The translations under genes were made by a program, and so were the position numbers. From contig CP089277.1 of the NCBI GenBank assembly GCA_023920165.1, positions 1,612,001 through 1,676,000 on the forward strand: a stretch of 64,000 nt of DNA, given 5' to 3'. Positions 59,338 through 64,000 of the stretch are shown piece after piece. The DNA is from Curvularia clavata. Taxonomy: Eukaryota. The notes under the pieces are model-generated. The model was given only the letters and a program-made list of their open reading frames with translations. It was not told the origin of the DNA and did no database searches. The stretch's first letter is position 1, and each line of letters begins with the position of its first letter.

Positions 59338-60478
59338 CTAACCACCTTCTCCACAAGCCCTCCATGTCCCCGCACCAAGATGCTTCCCTTAAATGAAACC
59401 ATATATATCACCAATTCGCTTGGTATGAGTGTAGTGCGATCAACTCCATGTGCCTTGATGTCTGTTAGTGGTTCTATCTCCTGCCACGGTGATGTGGGAC
59501 GATGGAAAATTGTCTGCTGATATTTGCGGCCGTTCATGGAAAGAGGAAGGTTCCTTTGATCCGCGAGGGTGAGATCTCGCACTTTATTATCCTGGGCCAA
59601 CAATCCTTGACAGGGAGAGGCGCATCCACTCGAAACATGGCTAGGGCTGATTATGGAAGGCCCATATAGATACTGTGCAGTTTGTGGAATGTCCTGCCAG
59701 GGTCCAAAGAGCAGCTTGTCGCTAGGTGATGGTTGATTGGGCTCCAGATGCCATGTGCACTCTATGAGCCTTGGCTCACTCTCAAGAGCTGGTGGATTTC
59801 TTGACGCCGGCTCTCCATGATGTTGTGGGGTGCAGTGGGGCAGAAGGTTGAAAAGCCGTTTAGCCTGTCGTTAGCATATGATTTTTCCGGCGGTGCTTTA
59901 TACCCTTTTGCATTCGTGGTCGTGTGAAGTAGTCTGGAATACAAATCTAAGTCAGATTATGGCCTGCCTATGTCGTGTGCTATAGCATCCCTTGTTGTGA
60001 CGTGAACAGTGGCTGGCGGGGCCTCATGAATGCGGATTGAGGTATGGCAACACGCCAATCCAATCGTGTCTGAGGATATACTGAGACTCTGTGACCAATC
60101 AATCAACATAATGCAAAATTTTGGAATGCAAAATTCGTTCATGGACAATGGGAGGATCAAAGGGCGGGAAATGATTAGTCCTATTCGCGCTTGCCAATTC
60201 CGGTGCTAGTGGCAGCTTTGGACTTCGGCACCCCTCTCACGCTCAATCGGATGTTTCGCATAGCTGCATCTAAATTCGTATATAAGAACTAAAGACGGCA
60301 TGGAATTCTGGTATATCAGGGAGATCTGTATAGCAAAGCTTCTGCATCATTGCATAGCCAGCTTTCCAAAGAAAGAGAAGGAACCATAGGGCGCAACCTA
60401 ACTGGATACATCCAAAGCAAAGGAGCAGCAGGCTTACCAAGCCGCCCCACACGTCATTGGCTATTATACCCCACGCTT

Positions 60479-60486
60479 TATATATA
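60479..60486 (+). promoter_or_regulatory. TATA-like element of the methyltransferase-Gfa gene
   Basis: TATATATA about 60 bp upstream of ATG 60546. Confidence 0.45.
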
Positions 60487-60545
60487 TCTACGTCGGCGAG
60501 GAAGTATCTCTATTTCCGAAAGAGCAAATCTAGGAGTTAGTCAAG

Positions 60546-61917
60546 ATGACGGGCGAACGCCAGGCAGCCGACGCTATACGGTTCTACGATTCAAAATCCT
60601 GGGATTACGACGCTACATGGCACAATGACTTTACCAAACGATTCATGACATATCTTGACATGCAGCCAGGCCAACATGTGCTGGACCTAGCATGCGGAAC
60701 TGGACTCCTCACTTTCCGCGAAGCGGAGGCAGTCGGACCACAAGGACAGGTTGTAGGCGTCGATGTTACACCCAGTATGCTTGCGGTGGCCACGCACAGA
60801 AAGAGTCAAGGCGGAGATAAGTATGCAAACACAACGTTTCTCAAGGGCGACGTGTTGCATTTGGATGAGACGGAAGAGCTTAAAGGAAGACAGTTTGACG
60901 TCATCACGGTAGCTTCTGCGCTTGTCTTGTTTCCTAACCCCAAAGCTGCGATTGAACATTGGTCAGGGTACTTGAAGCCTGGAGGGGTCATGGCAATGGA
61001 TGCAACGCACCCGAGAAATTTGGTGTCTGGTATGGTTCTAGAACGAGTGGCACGGAGACTGGAATTACCGATCCCATACAACCGGTCGTGGAGCAAATCA
61101 GAGGACACACTGAAGAATACCATGGAGTCAGCGGGCCTTGAGGTAGAGCAAGTTGTCACTGTGGAAAACCAAGCGGGGTATGGCAGGCGTTTCTACGACA
61201 TGGAGCAATGGGACGATTTTTTTGTCGAAAATGTCATTGTCAAGGACGTTGCGAGGACGTTTGCAAACAACGATATCCGGAGAAAAGCTCAAGGGATTTA
61301 CAAAGAAGAGTGGGAAAAACTGGCGATAGACGGCAAGGTGGAAGAGGTGGATTCTGTGTTTCTGGGCATAGCGCGAAGACGTAAGTAACACAGGCGCTGA
61401 AATTGAGCCAATGGAGAACTGACGCGACATTGAAGCTGCCGACGGGTCGAGGTACGTTCCACAAATCATCAAAGACGATGTCGTTTTCAAGGGCGGGTGC
61501 CGCTGCAGTGGGGTACAGTACACCTCGAGCGCGGCGCCCTCAGATATCACAATCTGTCATTGTCGAGCATGTCAACAGGTGTCAGGCTCGGGCTTCCTTC
61601 CGTTTACACATGTCCCATTGAAAGATCTCAAGTTTACTCAGGAGGCTACGCGTACCAGTCTCCGGCTGTCAAGCGTTGCCGAGCGAACGTTTTGCTCAGG
61701 CTGCGGGGCTCCGATAACCATGACCTATCCATCGGACCCTGACGGCATTGGCCTGTGCATGTCGACGGTCGACTTGCAGAGTCTCAAGACGCCGACTACG
61801 CCCAAGGTGATACAGCACATTTTTCTTCGGGAGAAAGCGCCATGGGTGGTGCTGCCAGACGACGGAACTGAGCGATGGGGCACATCAGAAGTGGCGCACT
61901 GGCTGGACCAGAAGTAG
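60546..61917 (+). CDS. Class I SAM-dependent methyltransferase fused to a Gfa/CENP-V (Mss4-like) zinc domain
   Basis: Exon 1 60546-61380 (VLDLACGTG motif I), intron 61381-61435 (GTAAGT..CTGAC..AAG), exon 2 61436-61917 with GGCRC...CHCRAC...FCSGCGAP; 438 aa in frame. Confidence 0.82.
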
Positions 61918-62550
61918 CCGGCAGTAGTCCAGTCCAGTCAAGTCAGGAGAGAGATGGCGGTAAGCAAGAGGCGGGTGGTGGAGTCAAGTGCCAAGCGGTA
62001 GGATGGATCATGGCCCTTGGTACTGCATGTGTGTAGTAGTACTAGCAAGTCCAAAAGGGCCTTTGGGGAGTCGACCGCTATCTCGACGTTGCTTTTAGCG
62101 GCCAACAGAAAAAGCTGCTGTTGTTGTCTCAAATGCCCGGCACGTGTTGTTGCAGCCTGTGTTTCTCTCGTGAACGTTTCGAAACACCAGCTAGTCGCCC
62201 GCTCACGCGCGAACGCAACGCTAACTGGCAGGCCGGCAAGTGGAGACGAAACCAGTGAAGAGATATGGAGCGACTGCAGGGTGATGAGGTGCAGTGCTGT
62301 GAAAGTGTCGCCATTGGCGCAGGCCGTCTATCCCAGGTGGGTAAGCCATGTCTACGTGTTGCGGTGTGCGGCCATGACGAGGCGGGCTAGCCGTCCCAGC
62401 CTCACAAAATCTGCCTCTCCTGCCACCTACTTTTCCCAGCCGCTCGAAACATTGATTGCAAGGCCAACTCCCTCGCCCTCTTTCTTTTGCTCCCTCCGTG
62501 TCTCTGCCTCCCTCCAGCGACTCGTCTCGTCGGTGCCCTGCATCTGCCTC

Positions 62551-62568
62551 TGCTGCTGCTGCTGCTGC
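62551..62568 (+). repeat. (TGC)6 microsatellite upstream of the terminal hypothetical gene
   Basis: Six perfect TGC units in a pyrimidine-rich leader. Confidence 0.85.
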
Positions 62569-62835
62569 CGCTGCACTCTACCCCACCCTCGTCCCTCGTT
62601 CACTCTCCACTCTCGACCCGCTGTCTCTCCTCGGCCCTATCGATAACCCTCGCCCGGGCTGCCCGCTGCCCTCAACCCTCTCGCCCTCCTCGCCCTCGCC
62701 CTCGGACACCAGGCAAAGACTCAGCACTGTGTTTCACGCAGAGTCCCTGATATCTCGTGCTGCCGATCCGGCCCAATTGCCGCCGTTCCCAATCTCCCCC
62801 ACCCGGCGCCAAACATTTAGCTTCAGCCCGCCGCT

Positions 62836-64000
62836 ATGAGCCGCAATCTATCCCATGACGGCGAGTTGCCACAGCCCTCCCAGCCTCCTTACGCTGCCCA
62901 TGGCCCGCAACGCGCCGTAACAGTGCAGCCGTACCACGCCCGGAAACAGTCGTCTCCTCTGCCCGAGCATGACGTGCGTGCCTTTGACGACGTTGACATC
63001 ACCGGCCTCCAACCACCACCTTGTGCCCTGACTCCCACCTCGGTCACAGCTTACGACCCCCACGCCCCTTCCCCACTAGAGGATTTCCCCAGGTCTGGTC
63101 GCAGCAGTCACCAGCGTACACTGACGGGCACCATCTTTGACAACTTCAATCGCGCCACCTCGACCATACAGCAACATACCTCACGCGCATCTTCACCCTC
63201 AAAGTCCCTCGCCAGCTTTATCCCCTCGAGAGGAGCCATCGAATCCAGCGCCAGCCAGCCCAAGATCAGGGCCATCCAGAACTGGTTCACTGGCTCTTCC
63301 GCCTCAATCAAGTCCGGTGCCTCGCAGCACGACGACTATTCCGACTCAGAATCGGCATCTGGAGAAGAGTACGACTCCGAATCCGAGTCTGAAGAAGAGG
63401 AAGAGGAGAGGGGCAACATGATGGCCAACATCTTCAATCGCGGCTCATCGCTTACCAGGGGTGCTTCGGAGAGCCCCCAGCCCGCGGCCGCTACGCAGCC
63501 GCAGACCAAGCCCCCGAGCCAGCCAACCGCAAGCAGCAAGTTCGCCTGGCTGCTCAAGACCCAGAAGAATGCTGCTGTACCTCCCCCACAGCGGTCGCCC
63601 ACATACCACAACCCCGACGATGAGCTACTGAACCTCAACATTTCACAAGCTCTCTTCCCACATGGCCCCGCCGACCCTCTTGCTGCCTCATCCTTCCACG
63701 ACCTGCTCACCAACGCCGAAGCACTACTATCACGTTACCAAACAGCCTATCGCAAACTCTCTACCGCCTTGGTAGACGCGCAATCAGAACAGAGTGCCCA
63801 GGAGGACGAGCTCGATGAGGCCGAGACACGCGCCCGCCACCTCAAGATGCAACTCGAGACCATGGCCAGACGAGCCGACGAGCAGGACGAGCAGATGCGG
63901 TCGCTCATGGAAGATCTTGCATTTGAGCGACGCGCAAGACAAGAAGAAGAGGCAGCCCGCAAGAGGAACCTTGCCCTTATCCGAGGCTCCGTGCAGTGCG
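62836..64000 (+). CDS. Hypothetical protein with acidic tract and coiled coil; truncated by window end
   Basis: ATG 62836 follows an in-frame TAG at 62818, and the frame is open to 64000. Contains IRAIQNWFTGSS, an acidic run, LNLNISQALFPHG and heptad-like DELDEAETRARHLKMQLETMA. Absent from the ORF track because there is no stop in the window. Confidence 0.75.
   Translation, partial: MSRNLSHDGELPQPSQPPYAAHGPQRAVTVQPYHARKQSSPLPEHDVRAFDDVDITGLQPPPCALTPTSVTAYDPHAPSPLEDFPRSGRSSHQRTLTGTIFDNFNRATSTIQQHTSRASSPSKSLASFIPSRGAIESSASQPKIRAIQNWFTGSSASIKSGASQHDDYSDSESASGEEYDSESESEEEEEERGNMMANIFNRGSSLTRGASESPQPAAATQPQTKPPSQPTASSKFAWLLKTQKNAAVPPPQRSPTYHNPDDELLNLNISQALFPHGPADPLAASSFHDLLTNAEALLSRYQTAYRKLSTALVDAQSEQSAQEDELDEAETRARHLKMQLETMARRADEQDEQMRSLMEDLAFERRARQEEEAARKRNLALIRGSVQC

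Noticed and set aside
1..64000. tRNA, rRNA, CRISPR array, TPP riboswitch, intact transposon
   Set aside because: I saw no diagnostic motifs, terminal repeats, spacer arrays, or transposase/RT ORFs on reading; tRNAscan-SE, Rfam and repeat searches would be needed to exclude them formally.

Overview
Eukaryotic genomic DNA from a filamentous ascomycete: short GT-AG introns with CTRAY branch points; a Dothideomycete/Pleosporales origin is my inference from protein style. I reconstructed 16 protein-coding genes with hand-placed splice sites: THO2 (3' end runs off the window), HEM1, a hypothetical protein, GSH2, a DUF4203/TM7S3-like membrane protein, ERF4, an MBOAT/wax-synthase acyltransferase, RBG2/DRG2, ERG3, a proline-racemase-family enzyme, an AZF1-like C2H2 factor, FAF1, HIS6, SNF21/STH1, a CE15 glucuronoyl esterase and a methyltransferase-Gfa fusion. 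A 17th, a coiled-coil hypothetical, is truncated at the window end. I found no tRNA, rRNA, CRISPR array or intact transposon. The best leads are: (1) the methyltransferase-Gfa fusion, whose only intron lies at the domain boundary and which is divergent from the CE15 gene; (2) a candidate minus-strand structured RNA in the gene desert around AZF1; (3) a Ser/Cys-type, intronless, bacterial-like proline racemase homolog; (4) an ATG-less N-terminal extension with overlapping uORFs on ERF4; (5) splice architectures in HIS6 and AZF1 that could act as switches. All product calls come from motif recognition, not database searches.
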